Assembly: GCF_052425735.1 (NCBI RefSeq)
Contig: NC_135764.1
Coordinates: 12,400,001-12,464,000, forward strand
Reading direction: 5' to 3'
DNA: 64,000 nucleotides
Source of the DNA: Oculina patagonica
Taxonomy: Eukaryota
The notes under the pieces are model-generated. The model had not been told where the DNA came from, ran no database searches, and saw only the letters and a list, made by a program, of their open reading frames with translations. The translations under genes and the position numbers were made by a program. This document shows, piece by piece, positions 49,701 to 62,131 of this stretch (positions are counted from its first letter, which is position 1; every line of letters starts with the position of its first letter).

Positions 49701-52475
49701 CGACAGTTCAAGATTGCCAGTTATGACAAGGTTGTAAGAGGGTATATCGTTGAGATCTTTAACGCGCAGGTTCATGGTAGGTGCTATAAGAGAACAGCAG
49801 GACTTGAAAAAAGACCAAGCGTTTGATATCTGTAGTTCAAGGGAAAACGAATGCAACGATTCTAAATTTTTCGAGAGCTCTACTTCCGCCAACTTTACTA
49901 AAGACGCACCAATAGCATTCATGTCAAGAAGACTGGCGTCTGGCACACTCTTCAATTGTGGGACCATCTTTTGCAAAGCATCCTTCACCAGGCGTTCCAG
50001 GTCAAAGGCATTCATGGGCTTTACAAGACGCAAGAGGTGACCAGCAGATGAGTTTGTTAATTCGAGTTCCAAGTTTGTAGTTCCTAATAAAAGAAATCCC
50101 CTTAAGCTAAACAACTGAGGTGTCATAACGGCTGTGACATTCGAAATTTCAAGAGCTCCAATTCCACCAAGGTCCCACGATGTGCTGCATACAGCGATAA
50201 ACTCAGTGATTTCGAATGCTGTCAACCTTTCATCAAAAGTTATCTGTAGCTTTTGAAGAATTAACTCTGGAAGATATGACCCAAGCATCGTTGGAAATTT
50301 GCTTCTCGTCAGAATGCCAATAAGTTGCTTGAATAAAACACGAGGAGTGTCATGTTCAGGGAGGCTAATGGTAAGATTTCGTTGTTTTGATAAAGGAACA
50401 ACCATCTCAAAAGGTATGTGTACACTGCCCTCTACCAAAACGATCATTCCTCTGATCAACATGTCGAAGGACCCTTGAACGTTGACCTCGATCAAAAACG
50501 ACACATTTTCAACGCCGAAAAAGTCATCAAGAAGTTCCCATGAATACTTTGGGAGGGCACCCATAAATGTTACCTTTTCAAGTAAAAGATCACTTGACAA
50601 ATGGAACAAAGTTTTTTCAAGGGTAAAACCAGGTACGATTGCGAGTTTGGTTCTCCGCAGACCAGTTAAAGTTTCGTGAAGTGTTTCGCTAGCACTCCCA
50701 AAGAATGTACGATAAACGACCCTGATAAACGGCAGAACACCAAACATTTCCATTCGTCTCGAAAGCTCTATGACGTGGCCTCCGCTAGATGGTGGCCATT
50801 CAATTTCACAAGGTAAGCTGAAATTTCCAAGCATTATTTCACCGGTAACTCGGGTGCGATTGAATGTGTAAATCACTGTCATATTTCCAAGATAAAAGAA
50901 CGGAAAGTTCCATTTTGTTCTTGACGGTATTTCAACCCGAAAGGCTGTTAATAGGAAAGAACCAGTTAAACTCGAAGGAAACTGGATCTTCAACTTTTTA
51001 ACCAGGAAGTCTGTTAGTAGAGTCTTCAGAAAGGATGGGAAAACATTACTTAGTCCTCCCAGTTTTAAAATGCTGTTCAAATCAGCCTGTATCGTCTTTC
51101 CAGCTTGAAGCGATAAGGATAAGGCTTCGACTTTTGTTGGAATTTCGATCACAAAAGGAAATTCGAGGAATATTGGATTCCCGATCACAACTGTTCCAAA
51201 AACCTCTGCTTTGATTTCTGCGAGACGAGATCCTGGGAGAACAGCTACTTTGAAGCCTAACGTCGAATTCAACAATTTTGTCGGAATTGATGCTCCGTCG
51301 AGAACGTTCCATTCTGTCGGAATTCCAATCAAGATGACCATACTGGCTAGACTTAACTTTGGTCTCAAGCTGTAGCTAATTTTGAACAGGTAAAGCCGAA
51401 ATTCAAATGATGATAGATTCAATCGCATAAAGGCTGTGTCTGGTCGACGCTCTTTTCTTTCTTCAACACATGATAGAAGACTGTCGATAGAAATTGATGT
51501 ATTTCCGTTCTTAGCGTCTTTCATGGCATCTAAGCTCAGGAACCGTTTGGTGTTTTTCAGCATAGTAACCGATAGCTGTTGTCCACAGATGTCGATGGTG
51601 GCTTCGAATGTGTTACGAGGTTCCGTCAGTTCTAATGTGGCATTTCTTATAGTCACTTTGCCTAGAACTAAAAATGGTTTTGTCGAAATAGTCGTGACAT
51701 TGACTATTGAGATATTGGAAAGCCCAGGTGCCACGCGTAGGAAAAACTGCGGTACTTTGATGTTTTGTGAGAAGTTACCGATTGCTTCTAAAGTATTTCT
51801 ATCCATGTGTGAAGAAAACAACGGTACCAGCGAGCTGAAGGTGACAATGGCATTCTTGTCAGCACCGCTTATTTCCAAAACATCGTCTGGGCTTTCGGGA
51901 AAGTCGATTTCAATGGGCAGTCCTGGAATGCTCAAATTGGAGGCAACTTGATTAATCGCCGCGATAAAACCTTTGGCTTTCACTTTAAATGTGTAAGGAA
52001 GAAAACCTAGTTGAACAATCAGTTTAGGCTCAACGACTTTGAACTGAAATTTGTTCAAGGCATCCCATCCAGGGATACTGAACATCATATCAATCGATGA
52101 TAGGTTTCCATCATCAAAAGACAGTGTGAAAACATCAATGGCGAAACCAAAGTTTCCAACCCCAACCAATTGAAAAGAGGGCAATGAACCATTGACGCCT
52201 ACCTGTTTGGTGAATCTGTCAGCAAAGTCATATATATCAGGGACTGGGAAGTTCTGGTTGCTTGGTAACTGTATGCTTCCACTTTTGTTCAAAGGCCATG
52301 GAAACTGCACAGAGATGTTTAGGCTTCCAATTTTGACGTCAGCATGGTGTAGCCCGGAGCTTTCGTTCCAAATGTTGACAAGCTCGATGTTTGCTTTAAG
52401 CAAGACTTGCTCGACTTCCAGCAGAGAGGAAAACTGCCTTTCACCAGTGGAATAACAGCTAATAACGCACCATAG
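37763..52475 (-). CDS. Giant multidomain secreted protein, 14,713-nt exon (beta-repeat region, coiled coil, EGF, PKD, PGLYRP2-N-like, PSI, LysM, M23-like, LNR x11, Ca-EGF array)
   Basis: Uninterrupted ~4,900-codon frame. Acceptor tttacag ends at 52476 and is followed by LWCVISCYS, a plausible end of a signal peptide; donor G|gttag at 37762. Domains were recognised from Cys spacing and motifs. The ATG exon was not found. Confidence 0.92.
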
Positions 52476-53039
52476 CTGTAAATTTGAAACCAATATTCTA
52501 TTAGTCTATCGAGTAGGCTTAATCATATTCGAATAAACAATCATTTAAGAAAAACCACTTCTAATTATAATTTAAAATGTGTTGTGTACAGTTAACAGTG
52601 TGATCTCTGCGATGCAGAGTATGTCGTCTATACTAGCTAGCATTTACGCCAACGTATTGATGAAAACAGGTATTTAATAATTGGGAAACACGGCAATAAT
52701 AATAAGCATGTCAAAGTACTTTGTGACAACTCCGCAGCAGTAACCTAATTAATACCATCGGCGACCTTCCCAGTACCTTTTCCGTTCTCAAGAAATGGGA
52801 CGGATAACTGGACTACTTTATTCCTGAAATGCTATTCATTAGAAAAAAGAGGCCAACCCTCAACACGCAATCGGATTCCATCCTCACGCGAAACTATTTG
52901 TTTAGCCAAATGTAAATTCTTTATCATCTCACACCTTTCACCGCATATATCAGACTGTTCGATTATATCTTTCTATTTTGTAACTTGTCATGGCGACATC
53001 CAAACGTTGCGCAGAACTCTTATCGCTAATTTTTATTCT

Positions 53040-53420
53040 CAATCCTCGGACGTACAAGGGGGAGGGGTGGATGCCCCCCCCCCCCCCATAAGGTTTTTCC
53101 AAATTTTGAAAAAATGATTTACTCTACAATGCTGAAACTTTCAGTAGCTGTTCATTCATCGTTTGCGGAAATTTTAATATGTCAACCATGTGTCCATGAT
53201 ATTTGATGTTGCCATGGCAACGTCACAAATATAAGCAGGTCTTGCCAAAAATCGTCATTTTTAACAATTTTCTTTTTTTTTCTTTTTTTTTGAAACAGAA
53301 GTGCAAGATTTGTTTCTTTTTAGATAAGTAAGGATAAGTTTGGTTGTGACGATGACAATTACCAAAATTTGGTGATTTGTAACGCTTATTTTCCTTTTTT
53401 CTGCGATTTTTCAATAACAC
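53040..53420. repeat. MITE-like dispersed repeat, same family as 1-190
   Basis: Reverse-complement match to the start of the window. Confidence 0.65.
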
Positions 53421-54430
53421 CCGAGCTCTGCTCAATTTAGTGACGACTGCAAATTTGCTGCCTTCTATAATTTATTACTAGCGGACATCTCAAAGAAGAC
53501 AGCCTCACTCCAATGGGTTCAGGCATCACGCCTGTGACTTGCGATCGGCAATTTTCAATCCATTCTGTTTGTTTGCTTCTCTTTTCTTTTTCAAAGTGCG
53601 TTGATCATAGTCCTAATTATGATTAATAACAGCGAAAAAGGTTATCATTAGGTAGGTTTTGAGCTTCATATATGCTTCGCGTGTAATTGCATTTTCTCAA
53701 AATACATTTAAGGTCAGTTGAATCTTATTTTTATATCTCAATTTTTCTAACATTCTTTGTTTTTAAATGTCAAAATTCAGGATGACAGGTTAAAAATGGC
53801 GGACTTTTCAGTAAATTGTATGGCGCCACTTCGCATGATATGAAGTTAACTTGCGAAAGAAAACTTTTGGGGGAAGCAAAGTTTGGTTAGTGCATTTGTC
53901 TTTTCTAAAAAAAGAAATTGTCGTAGAATCCGAGTAACAAACACTAACAGTAAAATTCTAACAGCCAAGGTTTCATTCAGTCACCAAAATAAACACTAGC
54001 TTTAACTCTATTAATGCATGTGCACGTGCCATCGAGCATGTTATACTGCGGTAAAATCTAACTTTTTAATTTGCCGCATTACCGGGGTAACAGCCGAACT
54101 GACAATAAAACGCTAAAAGCCACGGTCGCACTCAAAACACTACCATATGGTATGAGCCCTAATATTGACAATATAACAAAAATCCACCAAATACATTGCG
54201 AAGCTAATAATGTACGCGAAAGTGGTATTATTCGGTAAACACCTAACTGGCTCGTATATTTAATGCGGCTATTAATTTCTCGCGAAGCTTTTCATAGACA
54301 CCCATGCCCAAATTGTTATTAAATATTTTTCACGGAAAAAGAAAACTCAATTGAATCTACTTTTATATTGTACATATTTCTTAACATTTCTGTTCAATAA
54401 GTATAAAAGTGCCAAAAACTTATTTAAAGG

Positions 54431-54463
54431 CCAAACGTTTCGGGCTTAGCTCTTCATCAGTGG
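54431..54463 (-). ncRNA. Minimal hammerhead ribozyme motif (lone Penelope-type pLTR remnant)
   Basis: Minus strand CCA-CTGATGA-AGAGC-taa-GCCC-GAAA-CGTT-TGG: stem I CCA/TGG, palindromic ACGT, one mismatch in stem II. Confidence 0.65.
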
Positions 54464-56246
54464 TAAACGTTGCCATAAACAACACGACAGAACTAATATT
54501 GAAATGAAATGTTCAAAACCCAGTGTGTATAATCCCATAAAGCAGAAATCGTTTCCTTTACTCGGAAAAATTAAAACAAACAAAATAAACCAAGAAGAAA
54601 AATAAAAACAAGGCAAAGTATCCATAAGTTATTCCCAGTTCTAAATATTGCACAGCTTTATACATTGACTTTTATTTTGCTTTAATAGTTTTGCTATCCT
54701 CTCCCACACGGTAACGTTAATAAATGAGACGAAACAATCATTACAAGTTAATTACAACAATAACGGAAAGGTGGGATATAATTCTGATCAAGTCTTACAG
54801 TATATGGATTACTTTAACAAGGCATAGCTTTTGCACACATACCAAACACACCAATGATTGGATCCAAAGCGCCATCTTTAGGCACCAAACACTGGGTGCA
54901 GCTCCCGAAAGATGTCAGACTGGGAACTGGATTTTGTAGAAGCTCTTTAGCCCTCAGTGACAATTAAATACTCCACTCTCGCCCCAATAAAAGCTTACAC
55001 CATCTTTGTAATTTTGAGGCTTTGCTGCTGAGTATAGATATCCGGCATAGTTTGGTAACGTTTTTAAAGGGATGCAGTGCATGCACCTACACACGTTTTG
55101 TCTTTGTTTACCAGTATTTGATTTCCAATACGCGAAAAAATGTTTTGCCGCGCCAAGATATTGTTGCCGATATAACGATGTACTTTGTTTTCATCTGATA
55201 AACTAAAAGCATTTAAGAATCGTTTGTACTCGGTTAAGATTCCTTGACAGATGAAATCAAGTCAATATTACAGCACGCAAGGCTTAATTATATATGGCAG
55301 AATGTTAGAAAGTAAATCAAAGCGATATGCGCTCAAAAGGAAGGTAAACAAATCACGCAGTTTAAAGGTGTTCATGTGTGACTATTCAGTCTTCCAGTAT
55401 TTAAAGTTAAAACGACACCAAGTATCAGCTAATATTAGCGTTTTGAAGAATTTTTTAAAAGGCCATATAACTCTTGAAGAACGTCCTTGAAGATCAAAGG
55501 ATTGCCAATATGTGATACTTTTAGCACTTGGACAAAAATAGACCTTAAGTCACAGAAAGGACGAGATCCATGAAGATATGAAGAATGTTGCCTAAATAAG
55601 TCTTTAAAGTGATACCTCATCTAGAAGACCACATATAATAAAAGGTAAACTGTCTTGTAGCTAGAGAACTGCTGGTATGTCAGATGCTGTTTGCAATGAC
55701 AATCAGTTATCCGATATGACTAAAAAGTGCGCGTAAGCTAGCGAGAAGCTTAACTTATTTATTGCTGACCATACCTGGAGACCATAAGATTTACAGAAAA
55801 AACTGGAATTGCAGATTACATTTTGTTCACCATAAAATCATTTGACAATCGCTTTTAACTTAATTAGAAATGACCCTGAGCCGAGCACGGCAAGATAAAC
55901 AATTTACATTGTTTGCAAAAGTCAGCCTTTAACCTTATTATAGGAAATTAACGATACATGTTCTAAAAGCGAATTTTTAAAAATTCGCGTTAATTTTATT
56001 TATGTAAGCACTTTTACTATAAGCATCTAACCAAAACTTTTCTTAAACTCGCGTTAATTAAATTATGCGTAAATTTTGTTCGCGTTGTTAAAATGCTTCG
56101 TTACATTCCTTCAATAAGGTATTTAAAGTTAAGTTCCCATGCATGAGCACTTGAATGGGCTGCATGTGCACGTGTATTATACATTATGCACTGTACTTTT
56201 CATAAACATTGACATGCTGTCTTTTTATTTTTAGGCGGTTGAAGAA

Positions 56247-56319
56247 ATGAGGCTGATTAGTTTGCAGAAAATCTTGTACTTGGTGCTTGTGGGTATAATG
56301 CTAAGCGGGTTCAATTACG
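56247..56319 (+). CDS. IPT/TIG-domain gene, first coding exon (signal peptide MRLISLQKILYLVLVGIMLSGFNY)
   Basis: Upstream acceptor ttttag, ATG, hydrophobic stretch and a phase-1 donor G|gtatgt that matches the exon at 62132. Confidence 0.7.
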
Positions 56320-57492
56320 GTATGTTTGTGTAATACCAGAATTACATGAGATAGACCGTTTGTCTGTAATAAAACAGGTCAGAAAATGAAAACAAACAGA
56401 CTAAACATGATTTTCTTTCGTGGGGATGGGGAGTAGAGGGGGGAGGTGGACGGCGGAGATTTGATCGATTTTCGCTTTTTTCGCACCATTTATTCTCGAT
56501 TCGCGTCATTTACTTAGTGAAAGCTCCTTTTTTGGTGTTTCGCTTGCAAAAATGGACGAGATGTTGCGGTTTTTTTCGCCTATTTCTCAGGACCTTGGAA
56601 ATCACGCTTGTATTTCTTTTAATTTTTTGCTTCACTGCCCAACCGCATGACCTATTGAATGAACTGTATCAACGCAGTGACTACAGTAAAAAACAAAAAA
56701 AAAAACAAAAAATACAACTCCACCCCCCCCCCCCTTTTTTTTTACAGCACAATACACGTTTCCCAAAAAGGATGGAAACGCTAACCGCCAAAATAATTAG
56801 TGGCTAAAAATGTATATTTTGACTTGTTGATATTGAATACCCTTGAAAAAATGACCTTGTTACCTGAATTTATTTAAAGCCATGTTAGCCCGCCGAATAT
56901 TGACCTTATATTGTGACCTCTGAAATTGGCTTTTAGTAAACTACATTTTTTAAAAAGGTAAAAAAAAAATACAGGGGGATAAACTTGTTGTGGCTAAGAA
57001 AATAGCACTCTACAATAGAACTTTACGTACAATAGAAGCGTTTCTTCCATTCTTGCATAAGCCGGAGCTTGAGGGTCACTTGACTGTTTACAAATGCTAT
57101 GAGCAATATTAGTCGACAGATTTGTGTAATGTCTGTTAGCTCAAGAGTGTAATGTGCACGCATTTGATAACAAGGCTTTGTCACGGATTTCAACAGAGTT
57201 TTAAACTGCCAAAAATTTGTATTTGTGTTGTAGGAAATCTAAAAATATTGCTTCATTTTATTAACAGTTGCTATATTACTGATATTAGAGCACTGAAACT
57301 GTTAGCAAGGGTCTTTGGCCGCGGCTAGGATAAATGGATTACAACTTGAAAAATTAACGTTAATCAGTTCAATTTTCCTTCAGAGCGTTTTCAAAAAATC
57401 GATATTTAAAGCCGTAGTCTGATTTTTATCCGCAAATTAAGGCTACATCTTACTAAAAAAATTTAAATTTTATGATTTTCATTGGTTAAGAT

Positions 57493-60400
57493 TGTAGTGT
57501 ACTAGGAGGAGCAACGCGACGGCTAAAATCAACAACTGCTCGATGGCGGCCATGTGCTCAACTCGCTGTTTTAATCCCATAATGCAACTCAATACAAGTA
57601 TACGTCACGCATACATTACGCACATACATCTTTTCCTCCCTTAGTTCAGAAACAGTCCCTCAAAAAAACCAACAGATTGTTTCATAATTCTCAATAAACA
57701 TCAACTGATTGTTCCATAATTCTCAACGAAACACAACTGATTTTCCATAATCTCAATCTAAAAAAGACTACGCTTAACAATTTCACACAGTCACTAATCC
57801 TTAACTCTGAGCCCCTAGAAGACTTAGACGTGCCAGCGCTGGATTGTGGTTCTGCCTGAGCCCTGGAATATGAACCTCTCCCTCTCTGCAAACTTCCTCA
57901 GTGGATGCACTCTCGTCCCCCACTTTTACTTTGGAAAACACACGGTTTTGCTCCGCAGGCGTGTTGATTCAGGCAAATCATCGTCCTCAATATCAATAGT
58001 GGGCACACCATTCGTTTAAGGAGGTGATCCACATTCGACGAGCCCCACCCCGTCTTCATACTTGACTTATACGATAGTGGGCCGGTTCTACTTTCAATGT
58101 GTGCATTCTTCCACTTCAACCCCGGGTTAAATTTTACTAGTACGCTGTCTCCCTCAGCAAACTGTTTCTTTTTTTGTTTCGTGCTGTCCCTTCTTGAAGT
58201 CTCTAGCGTTACATGTCGAGAGATCAGACAGAAAAGTTACTGTCACTCAGTATTTAGTGTCAAAGGCTAAGATCTATTTCGTACCCCCGACTCCTTTCGC
58301 GGCCGCCTGCCAGAAAGTAATGTAGATGCACAGCCGAATGCCAACATCGGGACCAGGGTCAGGCCACAAGGAGGAGGGTGCAGCAGCAGGTCGGCGCACA
58401 GAATACTTCAATGATTGACCATTCCTCGATTTGTGTCTACCCTGGCCACCATAGGTAGCTGCGTGCCAGGTTCTTCATCTCACCACCGGGGTGAGAGCAG
58501 AGTCCTGCAAAAGCTGTCGCTGACCCTGAGCTGGAACAACCACACGGTTCCCCCACAAGATACATCATTTGTTCTAATTCATCCCTTACAAAGAAGGCTG
58601 CAAACTTCTATCGGGGCATTTATCACCCCAGCCCTGCTGAACTCTTCTAAAAACCTGTTGTAGCACTGGGTCTGAGGCTGTCCACTCTGCAATGTGATCT
58701 GCACACACTGGCATACCTTCCAGCCGCTCCAACAACAGTATAGTTTCACCGGGTATGGGACCTGCACTACTGTGTCGGCCAAAGGTAACGACCAGACCAT
58801 CAGCATTGCCATGTTTAGATCCCTCTCGGTATGTGAGGTCGTAGTCATAGCCTGCCAGAAGTAACGCCCACCTTTATTCTGGTGATGCCATTGAGGGAAC
58901 AGCTTTGTCTGCCTTAAACAGACCCAAAAGTGGTTTGTAGTAAAAATTTGAACTTCTGTCCATACAGATACTATAAACTTCTTGATTCCAAATATCACAG
59001 CAGCTCCCTCCTTATCCAGTTGAGCATGTTTCGTTCTGCTGGTAATAGGGTCCTTGATGCATACAAAATAGGCCTTTCCTCCCCATTGATAATGTTAGAG
59101 AGCACTGCTCCCAGTCCGTATGTAGGCATCACAGGACAACACAAGTTCTTGCTTGGGTCTAGGAAATGAACTTAACATGTTCTTAGCCTGAGTAAAAGCT
59201 TCCACCTGTCTTTTACCCCAAGTCCATTTGCAGTTTTGGCAAGGAGTTCATGCAAGGGGGCCAATCAGTGGCCAGATTGGCAAATAACAGGCATAGTAGT
59301 TTAACATTCCCAGAAAGGCCTGAAGTTCCTTGAATTTGTAGGTGCAGGCGCCTCGTGGATCGCTCTTACTTTGCTGTCTACGGGTTGAATGCCGTCGCTG
59401 TTGATGCGATGCCCCAAATAAACCACCTCGTTCCGTAGAAAGACACACTTCTCACTTTAAGCGCACGCCTGCCTTAGTTAATCGTGCCAGGACTTCCTTT
59501 AAATTTTCAGTGTCTGTTTTCCCACAGAACAAGATGAAGGAGGAATGGTGCGTTGAAAAATCTGGGGCCGAGAAATAAGAGAGACCCTCACTAACTCCAG
59601 CTTGTACCTGCTATCCAGCTGAATTCTTTGCCCCCTCCTAAGGTTGCATACAGATCTTCAATCTTGGGAAGGATTTTCTGTTGATTGATCTTTGCTTGTA
59701 GTCCCCACAAATCTGATGGTACCATCCTCTTTGACAATGGGGACAAGGTGGCCCATCTGAGAATTCACTTTTTATTGTCCCTTCTTTAACAGTCGATCCA
59801 ATTCCAGTTCAATTTTCTCACGCAGAGCATAAGCTACAGGCCTAGCTTTAAGGTATCGTGCTCCAGAAGGACAGTAATTTCGCCTTCACTCCCTCGACTT
59901 TCCCCAGACCCTCTTGGAAAATGGAGGAATGTGTCTCTAAATTAAAGTCTATCCAGGTATTAAATTAAAAATCTCACCCAATCAGAGTGAAAGCCAGTTA
60001 CGCCCCATAAGGCATGGACCCTCTCCACTGATAATCACAGCGGTAAAACACCTAGACCCATTGTACTCGACTTCTAGCTCACATTCCCCCACTACAGGTA
60101 GACTTCCCCTGTATAGGTACGCAGTACTTATTCACAGTGTTAAGTTTCAACACCCTTTCCTGCTGGGACAACTGGCGAAATTTTCTCATGATAACAGTTG
60201 TAGATGCCCCAGTGTCAATTTCCATATTCACTTTCATGCCATTAACTACCACTGTTACTTTGTACGGATTATGGCCACCACTTGAACTAACACAAAACAA
60301 CTGGCCATAAACATCTTCCTCATCCCCAGCATGCTCATCATAAACATTAACAACCTCTTCTAACTGTGCAAGTTACCTGACCTCTGTTGACCCGGGTGCC

Positions 60401-61359
60401 TACTTTGATCACTTCTGTTCGTTGAAATCCTTGTCTCTCACCTCTGGACGGACTTTGGTCGATTTGGACATCTGTCAGCAATATGGCCTCTTTTTTGCAA
60501 TAGTAACAGTTCATTCCTTAAACCTACATTTTGTGCACTATGATTCCCCCCGCACCTAAAACACAGAGTTTGTTTGGTGTGCGTCGATCATCTGCCCATT
60601 TCTTTGCAGCTTTTGTTCCATCGGCTTGCATCGTGACCTGATTTACCACCTCTGACAACTTCGCCTCCTGCAGCACAGCATATTTTGCGTATGATTTCCA
60701 TTGATGCAATTCGAAAGCCTTCTGAAATGTTAATTCCTTTTCCACAAGAAGGCGTCGCTTATTTTCTCATCCTTAATTCCACAAACAATTCTGTCCCGTA
60801 GCATAGTCTCAAGGGTATCACTGTACCCACAATGTTCAGCCAAATTCCTAAGCGCCGCCACAAAATCTGCCACTGATTCTCCTTCGTTGCGAAAACGGTT
60901 TTGAACTTAAACCTTTGTACAATTTCCGACGGTTTCGGAGCCGAATGATCCTGTATCAGCTTAACCAGGTCTTGATACGACTTTTCTTCCGGTTTGACAG
61001 GTGCCAAAAGGTCACACATTAATTTGTACACTTTACTTCCACATACGCTTAGCAGGATCGCTCGCCTTTTCGCCTTGTCGCCTGCGGTCTCATCGCCGAT
61101 ACCGTTCGCCTCAAAATAATGTCCAAGTCGTTCCGTATAATGCTCCCACGTTTCCGCCGTCTCTTCGAATGCCTCCACTCGGCCAAATAAAGTCGCCATC
61201 ACGTTTCCTCGTCGCCAAATGTAGTGTACTAGGAGGAGCAACGCGACGGCTAAAATCAACAACTGCTCGATGGCGGCCATGTGCTCAACTCGCTGGTTTT
61301 AATCCCATAATGCAACTCAATACAAGTATACGTCACGCATACATTACGCATACATTACA
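57493..61359 (-). mobile_element. Decayed Ty3/Gypsy LTR retrotransposon inside an intron of the IPT/TIG gene
   Basis: LTRs 57493-57628 and 61220-61359 (TG..CA), TSD AAGAT, PBS tggcgacgag, PPT aagggaggaaaaga. Remnants of gag (WEHYTERL, LLSVCG), protease (MEIDTGAS), RT (FLGMLNYY) and RNase H, with frameshifts and deletions. Confidence 0.95.
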
Positions 61360-62131
61360 AAGATGCCAACGTAAATTCAGAACAGATTAGACCAAAAATA
61401 TGCATAATCGTCGTGACATAGCTCTCCAAAGGACGAGACAAACAGCACGAATCTGGACTGGCCGCTGTCTTTGATTTGAATACCGAGACTACCCTTGAAA
61501 AAGACTTATAGTGTTCCACATACTTTCTAGCTATCAATGTTCTAACACCAGAATTAAATATATTCTTCTTTCTCTCCATACTCCGTTAGTTTCTCACGAT
61601 AACATAGAGAAAAAAAAACAAATAGACAAAATGAAAAAAATAATAGAAAATTATGAAAAAGGAACTTTTTCGCGTATGTTTCAATGTGTTGTCAAAATTG
61701 AGCTGCCAGTCAACTGACGACACGCTAACCAATTAGCCTTTTCGCCGTCACTATTTCAACGCCGTGGGGAGTTGTTCATTAAAAAAAAAAACTCGATGTC
61801 ACTTATGAGAATTTTCAGAAGGATAGGGAAAAGGTTTATGGTGGGGTTTATTTTTATTAAGTTCAGAGAAATACGTGACTTTTGAGTCCTCACGAGTCGC
61901 TATAAACATTAACAATTCGACACATATTTCATTTAGTCGACCATGTAGTGTCACTTTTTGTTTGTAGCAATGATGTAAGAAAACCTAAGTTGATCTGCCG
62001 CTCTTACTGTGGACTTAACCGTATGGCAAGTGGTTATGAGAAAGCCAAAAGTGATTTTTGCTAAGGAGTTTTACTGATTTTACCGTGACAGAATTATAAC
62101 TCATTTCTAAAGGTTATATTTATTACTTTAG

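Noticed and set aside
38811-52455. Many plus-strand and alternate-frame ORFs within the giant exon
   Set aside because: Shadow ORFs of a long coding sequence with no independent domain signal.
52476-52493. Start codon of the 4911-aa ORF
   Set aside because: It is a TTG inside intron-like sequence just before a splice acceptor; the true ATG exon was not found.
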